DNA of 64,000 bases from Octopus vulgaris (lineage: Eukaryota): assembly GCA_951406725.2 (NCBI GenBank), contig OX597827.1, positions 10,974,001-11,038,000 on the forward strand, given 5' to 3'. Of this stretch, positions 25,946 through 38,455 are shown piece by piece. Made by a program: the position numbers and the translations under genes. The notes under the pieces were generated by a model. The model worked only from the letters and a program-made list of their open reading frames with translations. It had not been told where the DNA came from and did not search any database. The first letter of the stretch is position 1, and the number at the start of each line of letters is the position of its first letter.

Positions 25946-26479
25946 TATATATATATATATATGTGTAAAATGTTTAATGAAAGCAATCACACACTAGAAA
26001 AATCTTCTTCCCAAAAGTGATTAGTAACATCCTCAATAAAAGACTTCTTAACATATTTTTAAAGAATAATCTTTTATAAAAAAATAATCACCTTTACGCT
26101 TCAAAATCTGTAATAAGTAATCGTCATAGACTTTCAAATATATATATATATATATATGCCATCGAAGACAATGTATGGGTGTTTAGTTTTACTGAATGAT
26201 CTGTACAAATGGTTTGTTTATAGTGATCAAATGCATGTGCTGTACATTAGGCCACCCTCTCCATCAAATCGATGTTGCCTGAACAGGTGCTTGATGTGCC
26301 ATGCCTCAGGTGTCGAAGTGAGTGCAGAGCAATGTGACATGAAGTGTTTTGCTCAAAATCAAAATGCACCTCCAGGTCTAGGAATTGAAATCATGACCTG
26401 TCAATTGTGAGGGCAACTCCCTAACCACTAAGTCATTCCCTTGCAATATACATGGCGCAGTTTGTGAGGAGGCCCTCAT

Positions 26480-26850
26480 TGTAGCTATGCTGGGTCGGAG
26501 ATGTCTGCAGGACAGAGGGCTGCAGTTTTCTATGCTGAACTACATCAGGGCAGGTGGAGCCATGAAGGACACTGGTTTTTTCCCCCAGACGCTCGGAAGG
26601 AGAAGGTCCTGTAGCATGATGAACGGCACCAAATGCTGAAGCTCATAATTCCAACCATTGAGGAGAAACAACAGAGGGAATACAAAAGAGCACATGAGAG
26701 GTATGACTTCTCTATTGTGTCATGTAGTTTCACCTGCAGCAAACATCATTTTTGTTGCAGATCAACAGCAGGACTTGTAGGCCATATGTGAGTCTGCCAG
26801 AGATGTTGACTGGTCAAGAACAGTCAATACAACAGACAACTAAAGAAGAA
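26480..26850 (+). mobile_element. Degraded RTE (BovB-like) 3' coding fragment
   Basis: AVFYAELHQGR and FTCSK...CRSTAGL.GHM zinc-knuckle-like remnants. Confidence 0.5.
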
Positions 26851-26851
26851 G

Positions 26852-26887
<36 letters not shown>

Positions 26888-27517
26888 TTGCGTGTGCGTG
26901 TGTGTGTGTGTGATGGTGTGTGTGTGTGTGTGTGCGTGTGTGTGTGTGTGATGGGTGTGTGTGTGTGCGTGTGTGTGTGTGTGTGTGATGGGTTTCTTTC
27001 AGCTTCTGTCTATCAAATCCTCTTGCAAGCTTTTAGTCAACCTGGGTCTGTAGTAGAAGGCACTTGCCTAAGGTACCATGCAATGGAACTGAACCCAGAA
27101 CCATGTAAAAAAAAAAAAGTAATGTTGCTTTCTCGAGTCATACCGACTCATAGGGGCTGGTTCCTAGTTTCTTGGTGTACATAAATCCTGCCTGAATGAG
27201 ACGCCGGTCTGTCGCAGAATAACTCATTTTTGCCAGCTGAGTGGACAAGGGCAAAGTGAAATGAAGTGTTTTGCTCAAGTGTTTCACCTGGTCCAGGAAT
27301 CTCTTACAATCATGAGCTCAACACCTTAACCACTAAGCCACACACGTCCCCTATGTCGTTGGAAAGCAAGATTCTGACCATAGAGCCACACCTGGACTTA
27401 ATGTCAGCTTTAATTTATGAAATATTGTAAAATATGTGAAAAGTAGTGATTTTGATGAAATTATGATAAAAGTAAATGAATATGTGGTACTGTTAGAAAA
27501 ATAGGATTTTCAAGTGA

Positions 27518-27836
27518 GACCTGTGCCGGTGGCATGTAAAAAGCACCATCTGAACGTGGCCAGCACTGCCTTGACTGACTTCTGTGCTGGTGGCACGTAA
27601 AAGCACCAACCGATCATGGCTGCTGCCAGCTTCCCCTGGCACCTGTGCCGGTGGCACATAAAAAGCACCCACTACACTCATGGAGTGGTTGGTGTTAGGA
27701 AGGGCATCCAGCTGTAGAAACACTGCCAGATCAGATTGGAGCCTGGTGCAGCCTCCTGGCTTCCCAGACCCCGGTCGAACCATCTAACCCATGCTAGCAC
27801 AGAAAACAGACGTATAACGATGATGATTATGATGAT
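27518..27836 (+). mobile_element. RTE 3' UTR fragment
   Basis: gtgccggtggcac tandem units, aggaagggcatcc motif, (GAT)n tail. Confidence 0.85.
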
Positions 27837-28360
27837 AAACATGAGAAAGAATCTTTAGTGATGCAAGAAAAAATATGTTGTTGGTGTATCTATAACAAAT
27901 GTGGAGGTAGAATTGTTGGTAGGGCTTTAAGAATAACAAGCTTTCTTAGGAAGGACTATGAGATATGTTAAGGGCTGTCAGTGAAATTATGAGAAAAATA
28001 GGGCTATTACAGGGCTGCCTTAGGGTATGAACAACTGGACAATTGCCCAGGGGTCTCTGGGTCTAGAGGCTCACTTCTGATGTGTTCTGTAGCTTACTGT
28101 CTTTAAATAATACTACAGGCCCCAAAGGATTGATTTTCCTGGGTGGTAGGGGGACTATAATGCTACTAAAATGGTCTTTAGCGGTTGGTCAGGTGATAAG
28201 CTAAGAAGGGATACTTGGTGTGTCTGTGAGAAAAATAGTTGTTTGTGTATCTATGAGAAATGTAAGAAGTTTTATTTAGTTATCTTTAAGGGGTAGTATG
28301 ACAAAATTAGTTGTTGATGATGGGTCCATAAAGCTAAAAGAAATAAGATTTGTTATTAAT

Positions 28361-28770
28361 AGGCGCAGGAGTGGCTATGTGGTAAGTAGCTTGCTAACCA
28401 ACCACATGGTTCCGGGTTCAGTCCCACTGCGTGGCATCTTGGGCAAGTGTCTTCTGCTATAGCCCCGGGCCGACCAATGCAATGTGAGTGGATTTGGTAG
28501 ACGGAAACTGAATGAAGCCTGTCGTATATATATATATATATGTATGCGTGTGTGTGTTTGTGTGTTTGTGTGTCTGTGTTTGTCCCCCTAGCATTGCTTG
28601 ACAACCGATGCTGATGAGTTTACGTCCCCGTCACTTAGCGGTTCGGCAAAAGAGACCGATAGAATAAGTACTGGGCTTACAAAGAATAAGTCCCGGGGTC
28701 GATTTGCTCGACTAAAGGCGGTGCTCCAGCATGGCCGCAGTCAAATGACTGAAACAAGTAAAAAAAAAGA
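28361..28770 (+). mobile_element. SINE family A
   Basis: Full-length match. Confidence 0.92.
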
Positions 28771-29049
28771 GAAAAAGACATGACTATGTGAAAAATAGGG
28801 TTTATATGTAAGAATGTTAGGGAGAAAATAGTGTTTGTAGGTGGGACTGTGATCAAATTATGGTTTATTGGTGATACAGTCAGTTAAAATGGTGGAGCGA
28901 TGAAAAAAACTGAGATGTTAGTGGGATATATGAAATATAAGGGCTGATAATGGGGCAATGAAAAATATGCTTGGTGCCAAGACTATGGGAAAAGTGAAAA
29001 ACAGGTGTTGCTGTTGAATAAAGTAGGAACTTGCTCTCTCTCTTTTCTC

Positions 29050-29328
29050 TTGGCTCATAAGGGCCGGTTTCCCGATCTCCTTGGCACATAGGTTCCCCAT
29101 CTTGACGGGACACCAGTCCGTCGCAGGTGAGCTGCAAGATGCAGGAGGAAAGAGTGAGAGAAAATTGTGACGAAAGAGTCAGCAGAAGTTCGCCATTACC
29201 TTCTGCTGGAGGCGCATGGAGCTTAGGTGTTTCGCTCATAAACACACACATCGCCCGGTCTGAGATTCGAACCCGTAATCCCTCGACCGCAAGTCTGCTG
29301 CTCTAACCACTAGGCCATGTGCCTCCAC
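29050..29328 (-). mobile_element. SINE family D (tRNA-like head)
   Basis: Head shared with 47930-48294 (gtggaggc..atggcc.a.tggttag.gcag). Confidence 0.75.
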
Positions 29329-29449
29329 AAGCCTTTTGAATGGAAATGATTAAATAGAAACTGTACCATTAACTCACTTGGTTTGACAACTGAATCTTAA
29401 TCATCAAAACCAATAAAGATCTATTTACATACTTATTTGTCAAGTTGAC

Positions 29450-29765
29450 TTCATCATCATCATCATCATCTTCATTTAGCGTCCGTTTTCCATGCTTGCA
29501 TGGGTTGGACGGTTCAACTGCGGTTTGGGAAGCCAGAAGGCTGCGCCAGGCCCAGTCTGATCTGGCAGTGTTTCTACAGCTGGATGCCCTTCCTAATGCC
29601 AACCACTCCTTGAGTGTAGTGGGTGCTTTTTACGTGCCACCTGCACAGGTGCCAGACAAAGCTGGCAAACGGCCACGATCGGATGATGCTTTTTACGTGC
29701 CACTGGCACGGGGTCAGACAAGGCTGGCAATGGCCACAATCGGATGGTGCATTTTACGTGCCACG
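29450..29765 (-). mobile_element. RTE 3' UTR fragment
   Basis: Reverse complement of the 10.1-10.5 kb copy. Confidence 0.85.
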
Positions 29766-30669
29766 TAAAATCTTCTGCTTTTGAGTGTGCAGTTTTACAA
29801 ATCATAATGATAAGAGGGTGGCAAGCTAACAGAGATGTTAGTGTGTTGGATAAATGCTTGAGTAGGACAAATACTGAGTGGCATTTCTCCTGACTTTTTA
29901 CATGATGATCTCAAATCCAGCTGAGGTCAATTTTGCCTTTCATCCTTTCCAGGTCGATAAAATAATGTACTAGTGAAGTACTGGGGTCAATCTAATCAAC
30001 TAACTCCCTCCCACCACATCTGAATATTTCTGACTTAGTGACAAAATTCAAAATAATTTATCACAATTCTTATAAATTATGAGCAAAGCGCAGGAGTGGT
30101 TGTGTGGTAAGTAGCTTGCTTACCAACCACATGGTTCCGGGTTCAGTCCCACTGCGTGACACCTTGGGCAAGTGTCTTCTATTATAGCCTCAGGCCGACC
30201 AAAGCCTTGTGAGTGGATTTGGTAGACAGAAACTGAAAGAAGCTTGTCGTATATATGTATATATATATATATGTATGTATGTGTTTAGCCCCAGTGCACT
30301 CAGTAAAATGGTTGACGTTAGGAAGGGCATTCAGCTGCAGAAACCAAACTGAAATAGACTATGGAACTTAGAGGGGCTTGACACAACATGTCCTTGACAA
30401 AGCTGCCCCCTTTGAATTAAAGGTACGTGATTATAATCATCATCCTCATTCGATGTCCAGGTTCCATGCTGACATAGGTTGGATGGTTTGATAGAATCCT
30501 TTGGATCCAAAGACAGCATCATTTTCCACTGCTTGCTATAGCATGATTTCTATGGCTGAATGCCCTGCATAAGGCCAGCTTCTTTATATATATATCGGCT
30601 GCTTTTTCTCATGACTCTAGCAAAACTACAAAACCTGAGGTGAGATAGTGGGAAAGCTTAATGTAAAGA

Positions 30670-30966
30670 CTAGCAGTATCGCCCGGCGTTGTTCGGGTTT
30701 GTAAGGGAAATAACTATATAAGCATTTTTAGAGAGTTACTTCCCTTATATAATAGCAAAAAATGCATTATAATGGAAAAAAATGATGGTAAATTTTTTTT
30801 TAAATCGTAGACTCATCGTTGACGCGCGCTAATACCCAGAAGGGCTCGATATGAATCACGACTATAAGATACCCGGTTTTCGTTAAACTGCACCGCAAAA
30901 TGTGGGAGTAGTTAGGAATCTAAATCGTAGGAAACAGACACACAACTTCACTTTTAAATATAAAGA
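30670..30966 (-). mobile_element. Non-autonomous Helitron
   Basis: TC...hairpin-CTAG termini in an A|T target; near-identical to 3812-4088. Confidence 0.88.
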
Positions 30967-31336
30967 TATCAGTAGTTGATATTTATTACTGTAAGTAGAC
31001 ATTGATGATACTGAAAGATACCCAAAATTCTATACAATAGCTATAAACTAATATGATTTCCTTCTTTCAACTAATTGTTGTTTCAAAGATTGTTATAGGA
31101 GGGTGATGCTTCACAGGATGTTTGTTAAATTGCAGCCTTTAGTTAGGTTGGTAAACTTTTACTATTTTACTATTTGTATTATTTCCAAAACATGGTAATT
31201 TGGAAATATTTGTTGTTATTCATTTTATGTCCATTTCTTTTGTGCAAGTATGGGTTAGATCAGGGGTTTTTATCCATTTTTTTATCCATAAATCCCTTTG
31301 AAAACTATTTTATTTGGGTAGACCCACAAGGCCACA

Positions 31337-31740
31337 GGCGCAGGAGTGGCTGTGTGGTTAGTAGCTTGTTTACCAACCACATGGTTCCAGGTTCAGTCCC
31401 ACTGCGTGGTGCCTCGGGCAAATGTCTTCTACTATAGCCTCGGGCCGACCAAAGCCTTGTGAGTGGATTTGGTAGACAGAAACTGAAAGAAGCCCGTCAT
31501 ATATATTTTACTTGTTTCAGTCATTTGACTGCGACCATGCTGGAGCACCGCATTTAGTCAAGCATATCGATTTATTCTTTGGAAGCCTAGGACTTATTCT
31601 ATCGGTCTCTTTTACCAAACCGCTAAGTCATGTGGATGTAAACACACCAGCATCAGTTGTCAAGCGATGTTGGGGGGACAAACACAGACACAAACATATA
31701 TACATACACACTCACACACACACACACACACACACATACA
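31337..31740. mobile_element. SINE A head (+) fused to SINE A tail (-)
   Basis: Orientation switch at about 31503. Confidence 0.8.
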
Positions 31741-32071
31741 CATTGAATTGGATTAGATTACCCATGTTCAGTTCACTGCAGGACGAGGGCCTCAGCATGT
31801 ACACTCCACCGACCACAGTCTGATGTGGAGGCCATGAATTAGAGCCTGATATCACACTGGCTTGATGGGCCACCCCTGCTACCCTGGCTCAACATGACTT
31901 GGAAAGGGGATGCAGTTTTTATACTCCTGCCCAGGAGTAATTAAGCTGATTACATCAACGCCCACCAGTGTTCAACTGGGTACTTATTTTATTGACCCCG
32001 AAAGGATGAAAGGCACACTTGACCTCAGTGGAATTTGAACCCAGAACATGAAGATGGATGAAATGCCACAA

Positions 32072-32465
32072 AGCAGGAGTGGCTGTGTGGTAAGTAGCTT
32101 GCTTACCAACCACATGGTTCCGGGTTCAGTCCCACTGCGTGGCACCTTGGGCAAGTGTCTTCTACTATAGCCTCAGGCTGACCAATGCCTTGTGAGTGGA
32201 TTTGGTAGACGGAAACTGAAAGAAGCCCATCGTATATATGTATATATATATATGTGCATGTGTGTGTTTGTCCCCCTAGCATTGCTTGACAACCGATGGT
32301 GGTGTGTTTATATCCCCGTCACTTAGCGGTTCGGCAAAAGAAACCGATAGAATAAGTACTGGGCTTACAAAAAATAAGTCCCCGGGATCGAGTTGCTCGA
32401 TTAAAGGTGGTGCTCCAGCATGGCCACAGTCAAATGACTGCAACAAGTAAAAGAGTAAAAGAGTA
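32072..32465 (+). mobile_element. SINE family A nested in a SINE B relic
   Basis: Full-length match; SINE B (-) sequence resumes on both sides. Confidence 0.9.
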
Positions 32466-32946
32466 TAGCATTTCACCTGGTGTGCTAATGACTCTGCCAG
32501 CTTGCTGCAGTTTAAAGTTCCTTTTGGGAAAGAAACACTAGAATATGTAATCCCTTACAGAGAGCAGTCTTAGCAACATTATGGACCCTCTAGCAAATCA
32601 GTGGAAGAAGATACAGCATGCATAGATTAGATTTGGGGCCCTAGGTCTGTGTGTGCTCTGGGCAGCTGCTTAGTGCACCCATGCTTTAAAACTATACAAC
32701 CCTTACTGATAAAAAGAGGGTTAGTTACAACTGGAAGGCTTTCATCGTAGGTTTGCTCAATCACAGCTAATCTGAAGCCAAACAACTATAAATATCTTCA
32801 TTCAAAGAGGAATTCTTCTCTCAGTGACTCTCAATCCATCCACTGTCATATTTCTCTGTACTCCAATGTGCAAAACTATAAAACCTGGCACACGTGCACA
32901 CACATGCATAGAAGCTTCCCCCAGGTAATTTGATTACATGTGTATG

Positions 32947-32989
<43 letters not shown>

Positions 32990-32994
<5 letters not shown>

Positions 32995-33330
32995 GTAAAA
33001 TCCATTCTGTCCGTCTGTGTGTGTGTCTTCTAAGATCTCAGGCATCCGCCATCCGATTGCACTCAAATTTGATACGTGGATACCGATGGTATCAGGGCAT
33101 GTATAAGTCTTGAAAAAATTACAAAAATCGATTCCAGGTGAGAATGCGAGCGATAAAGCCGTGGGAACGTGCAACTGTTGTGAGAAAAATGCATGGTGTC
33201 TCAAATTTAGGTTAAATCAGTGTTTCTCAAAGGGGAGGCATGTGGGTCGGTCGGACAAGTTGTTTTGAGAAAACTTGGCTTAAATGTTTGACCACTCAGC
33301 ACCGTCCATTGGACGGGGGGGGGGCCTTTT
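32990..33330 (+). mobile_element. Helitron/DINE-like non-autonomous element (second family)
   Basis: ctgtccgtctgtgtgt...tctcag...ccgattgcactcaaatttg layout typical of DINE-1/HINE-like elements; termini not confirmed. Confidence 0.45.
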
Positions 33331-33339
33331 TACTCGTGT

Positions 33340-33779
33340 GTATATATATATATATATATATATAGATAGATATATATAGATAGATATATGCTTAAATATA
33401 CATGATTATATTATATATATATATAGTATGTATGAATACATATATATATGTGTGAATGTGTGTGGATTTTAGTGTGTGTGTATATATATGTATGTATATG
33501 TATATATAAATATGTATATATATATGTGTGTGTGTATGCGTATTTATATATATATATATAGAAAGAGAGAGAGAGAGAGAGGTGGGGGAGAGATACTACA
33601 CCAAACCAAACATTACGTATGATAAAGAACTCAATACATGTAATTAGGTTAAATATTTACTATTTTATTTTGTTTATTTTTCCATAGGAATACACACACA
33701 TACACACATATATATATATACACACATACATATATGTATACACACACGCATATATATATATATACATATACACAATGTA

Positions 33780-33834
<55 letters not shown>

Positions 33835-34078
33835 TCAGAGGAAGAGACAGAGAGGCTGAGGAAAGTAGAAAAGGATAACAAACAGTTGTGCTTTGAGAAG
33901 GATAAGAGCTATGTGGAAGTGCGGATAATTCAGAGGGGCACAGAGAGTGAGAGAGAGAAAAAGAGAGACAGAGAGTGATAGAGAGAGAGTGTGATAGAGA
34001 GAGAGTGTGATAGAGAGAGAGTGTGATAGAGAGAGAGTGTGATAGAGAGAGAGTGTGATAGAGAGAGAGAGAGAGAGT

Positions 34079-34113
<35 letters not shown>

Positions 34114-34708
34114 AGAGAGCAGGATAAAAAAAAGTTGTCTGTCTAGGTGATAGATAAAGGATCAATGGTTGAGGTTGAGAGAAAGGAAAGAATGGAAGAC
34201 GTGGGGGGGGAGGAGAGGAAGAAGCAGCAGAGAGCGAGAGAGGGAGAGCAAGAGAGAGAGAGAGAGAGAGCAATGAAGAGAAATGCAGAGAGAGAGACAG
34301 AGAGAGAATGAGAAATAGGTGTAGCAGTAGAAGACATCAGTGAAGAGGAAGCTATCACCAAAGCCTACTACTACAACTACTACTACTACTACTACTACCA
34401 CTACCACCACCACCACTACCATTGAGGTTGTAGCTATTTAGCTTTTATTACTACTACTACTTCTACTACCACCATTGCTGCTGCTGTTGTGGCTAGTGCT
34501 ACAACCACTACCACCACCACCACCACCACCACCACCATGATCACTACTACTACTGGCACCTCCACCACTATCACTACCATCATCACTACCACCTCTACCA
34601 CTACTGTCACTGGTGCTACCATCACCACCACAACCACCACCACCACCACCACCACCACCACCTCTACTACTACCGTCACTGGTGCTACCATCACCACCAC
34701 CACCACCT

Positions 34709-34743
<35 letters not shown>

Positions 34744-35310
34744 GCTAGTGCTGCTGCTGCTGTTGTTGGCTGCTGGCTGGTGCTGGTGATTGAATGAATG
34801 AATGAAGGATTAAGTGAATGAATGAATAATGGAATGACTGAATGAAAGGTAGAACTCAGTGAAGGAAGAAGAACTGGTTGGCTGAGAGGGTGGTGGATGC
34901 CAGGGAAATGGGATGGTGACACAACAAAGAGCTTGCATCTACGCTCTATGCGTGCATGGTGGCGGCGGCGGCGGTGGTGGTGGTGGTGGTGGTGGTGGTG
35001 GTGGGGGAAAGTGCTGTGTGAATATGTGCAACGGAGTCTAGATGTGTGTGCGTGTGTGACTCGGCTCCGGTGTATGTATATGGGTGTGTGTGTGTGTATC
35101 TGAAATTATGTGTGTGTATGTATCTATCTAGACGGTATGAATGCGACTGAGCTTGACTTTTGTGTGTGAGAATATGTCGATGTATGTGTATGTATGTGTG
35201 TGTAACTATGTGTGTGTTTCTCGATATCTGTGTGTGTGTGTGTGTGTGTATGCGATTGGTGTGTCTTGGTGTGTATCTGTAACTATGCTCAGATGTGTGT
35301 GTGTATGTGT

Positions 35311-35342
<32 letters not shown>

Positions 35343-36322
35343 CTATGTCACAAACTGTGTATGCGTCTGTGTGTAAATTTGAAATTGAAATAAGTGTCCT
35401 TGTGTGTGTGCATGTGTGTGTGTGTGTGTGCGTGTGTGTGTGAGTGTGCATGTGTGTTTGTGTGTGTTTGTGTGTGTGTATGTGTGTGTAAATTTGGAAC
35501 TGAAATAAGTGTCCTTGTATGTGTGCATGTGCATGTGTGTGTGTGTGTGTGTGCTTGTGTGTGTGTGTGTTTGTGTGTGTGTTTGTGTGTGTTTGTGAGG
35601 CTATGCTTCTATGCATATCTGTATTTGTGTGTGACTGTGTGTGGTTGTACTAGTGTGTGTATATGTGTGCGATTGTGAAAGTATGTATCTGAAAGTATAT
35701 ACATCTATCTGTATGTATGAGAACGAATCCGCGTGCACATGTGTGCATGTATACGTGAGTGACTATAAGTGTGTCAGACTCTGTGTATGTATGTGTGTGT
35801 GTGTGTGTGTTTGTGTGTGTTTGTGTGTGATTGTGTTTAGAGTATGTATGTAACTGTGCATTGGTATATATGTGTGAGTGTATCTTAGAGTATATGTGAT
35901 TATGTGACTGTGTCGGAGTGAAAATATCTAGGCGTACGTATGTGACAGAACTTGTGTGTGTATGTATATGTTTGACTCTTTGTGTGTTGGCTTGACTCTG
36001 TATGCGTGTGTTTGTATGTATGTGTAAATTTGTAAAACCACGTCTCTATGTGATCAAATTGTACATATGTGTGTATATGCGTATGTGTATGTCCTAATGT
36101 GTTTGCTTGCATGAGTGTGACAGTGTTCTTATGTATGTATCCGTATGTGTGTATATGTATATATATATATTCTTGAATTTGGGTGTATGTCTGTTACTAC
36201 GCATGTTTTTGTGCATGTAAGTGTAAACACACACACACAAACACACACGTGTGTGTGTCTGTGTATATGTATCTGTACAGCTGTGTCTGTGTATATGTGT
36301 CTGAATATATATATATGTGTGT

Positions 36323-36358
<36 letters not shown>

Positions 36359-36614
36359 ATTTTTATGCATATATTCATTCAGTCTTTTATCTTACTTGCT
36401 TGAATCATTTGACTATGGCCATACTGGAGCACTGTCTAAAAGGGTTGTTTTTAGTCAAAGAAACCAACCCTAGGATTTATTCCTTGTTAGCCTAGTACTT
36501 ATTTTATCACTCTCTTTTGCCAAACCACTAAGCTATCGGTTGTCAAGCAATGGTGGCAGAGGCAAATATATAAACATATACATATATATACATATATATA
36601 CATATATACATACA

Positions 36615-36653
<39 letters not shown>

Positions 36654-37474
36654 CCGACAGGCTTCTCTGAGTTTCCATCAACCGATTCCACTCACAAGGT
36701 GTTGGTTAGCCTAAGGCTATAAGGCTATAGTAGAAGACACTTGCTGAAGGTGTCATGCAGTGGGACCGAACCCAGAACCATGTGGTCGAAAAGCAAGCTT
36801 ATTACCACACAGCCATGCCTGCGCCTATATATAGATTACGTACTTATATGTCTGTGAGTACTTGTGTATGTATACGTGCCTTTCTGTGTGACTGTGTACA
36901 CCTGTATGGGTATGTGTATACATATATATATGTGGGTTATATATGTACTGCCTGCCACTCTTTCTGTGCATGTATGTGAAAGTCTATATATATGTAATTT
37001 TGTGCATCTATGTGCACCATGTATGTGCACATGTATATGTGTATATATATATATGTGTGTCTGTCTCTCCTCTTACAAGTGTACCTGTATATATGTGTTT
37101 ATGTTTGTGTGTGTATGTGTATGTTTATATATATAATATATATATATATATATGAATGAATGAATGTGTGTGTGTGTGTGTGTCATTCAGTTATATGAAG
37201 CATTAGTACAAGTGCAAGGAAGAATTGAAGAAAGAGAGAGAGAGAGAAAGAAAGAGAGAGATAGAGAGAAAGAAAGAGAGAGAGAGAGAGAGTAAGGGTT
37301 AGAGATTGGAGGCAGAGGAAGAGGGGTAAGATAAAAAGAAGATGGAAGAATGATTGATCAAGAGCTAAAGAGAGGGAGGAAGAGGGGGGAGGATGCTGAT
37401 GGGATGAGGATGAGGCAGAAGCGTAAGAGGAAAGAAAAGAGAAGGAACAGTGAGGTGGAAGCTAAACAGAGATA

Positions 37475-37506
<32 letters not shown>

Positions 37507-38134
37507 ATTAATAATGGTAACAGAGGTAGTAGTGGTGGTGGTCGTGGTAAGAATGGACTGATAACAAGGGTTGGGGTAGAGATAGTGTCTGTGTGTTTGA
37601 GAGATGAGGTCAAGGGGTAGGTAAGGGTTATTCTAGTGGTGTCTGTCAATGAGAAGGCAGAATAAGAGTATATACTATTGTCCGTGTTTTGGTGGTAGTA
37701 GAGGTGGTGGTGGTTGTAATTGTAGTAGTAGTAGTAGTAAAAATAGTGGTAATGGCGATGGTGGTGGTAGTATAGGTTGGAGTGTTGTGAGCAGTGGTAT
37801 TGATGGTGATGGTGGTGGTCGTCGTAGTGGTGGTGGTGGTGGTAGTGGTGGTGGTGGTGGTGGTGGTGGTGGTGGTGGTGGTGGTGGTGGTTGCGGTGGT
37901 GGCATTGTGGCAGTGACATTCAGAGTGGGGGGGGGATGTTAGGACATGGAGGTTGAGGTAGGGTGTGTGTGTGTGTATGTGTGGTGGCCACCACCGCCGA
38001 AACATTCTCGGATGGAAGGAGAGTAAGAAAGATGTAGATGAAAGAAAAGCATGGGAGATAGGGAGAGCTGTAAAAATTGAAGGACCTTCTCTATTCAGAA
38101 TAAAAGTAAAAAAGATAAAAACATAATAGCTAAG

Positions 38135-38183
<49 letters not shown>

Positions 38184-38417
38184 AGGTGGTTGTGGTGGTG
38201 GCAGTAGTGAAGGTGGTAGTGCTGATTGAGGTTGTGATTGTAGCAGCAGCATTAATAATAATGGATGTAGTAGTAGTAGTAGTAGTGGTGTTGGTGATGG
38301 TGGTGGTGGTGGTGGTGGTGGTGGTGGTAGTGATTGATGGTTGTGGTGATTGTTGTAGTAGTAGAGGTAGGAATAGTGATGGTAGCGATGGTAGTAGTAG
38401 CAGCAACAGCAGCAGTT

Positions 38418-38455
<38 letters not shown>

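Noticed and set aside
27840-28990. Recurrent gagaaaaatag motif
   Set aside because: Too degenerate and irregular to define a repeat unit by eye.
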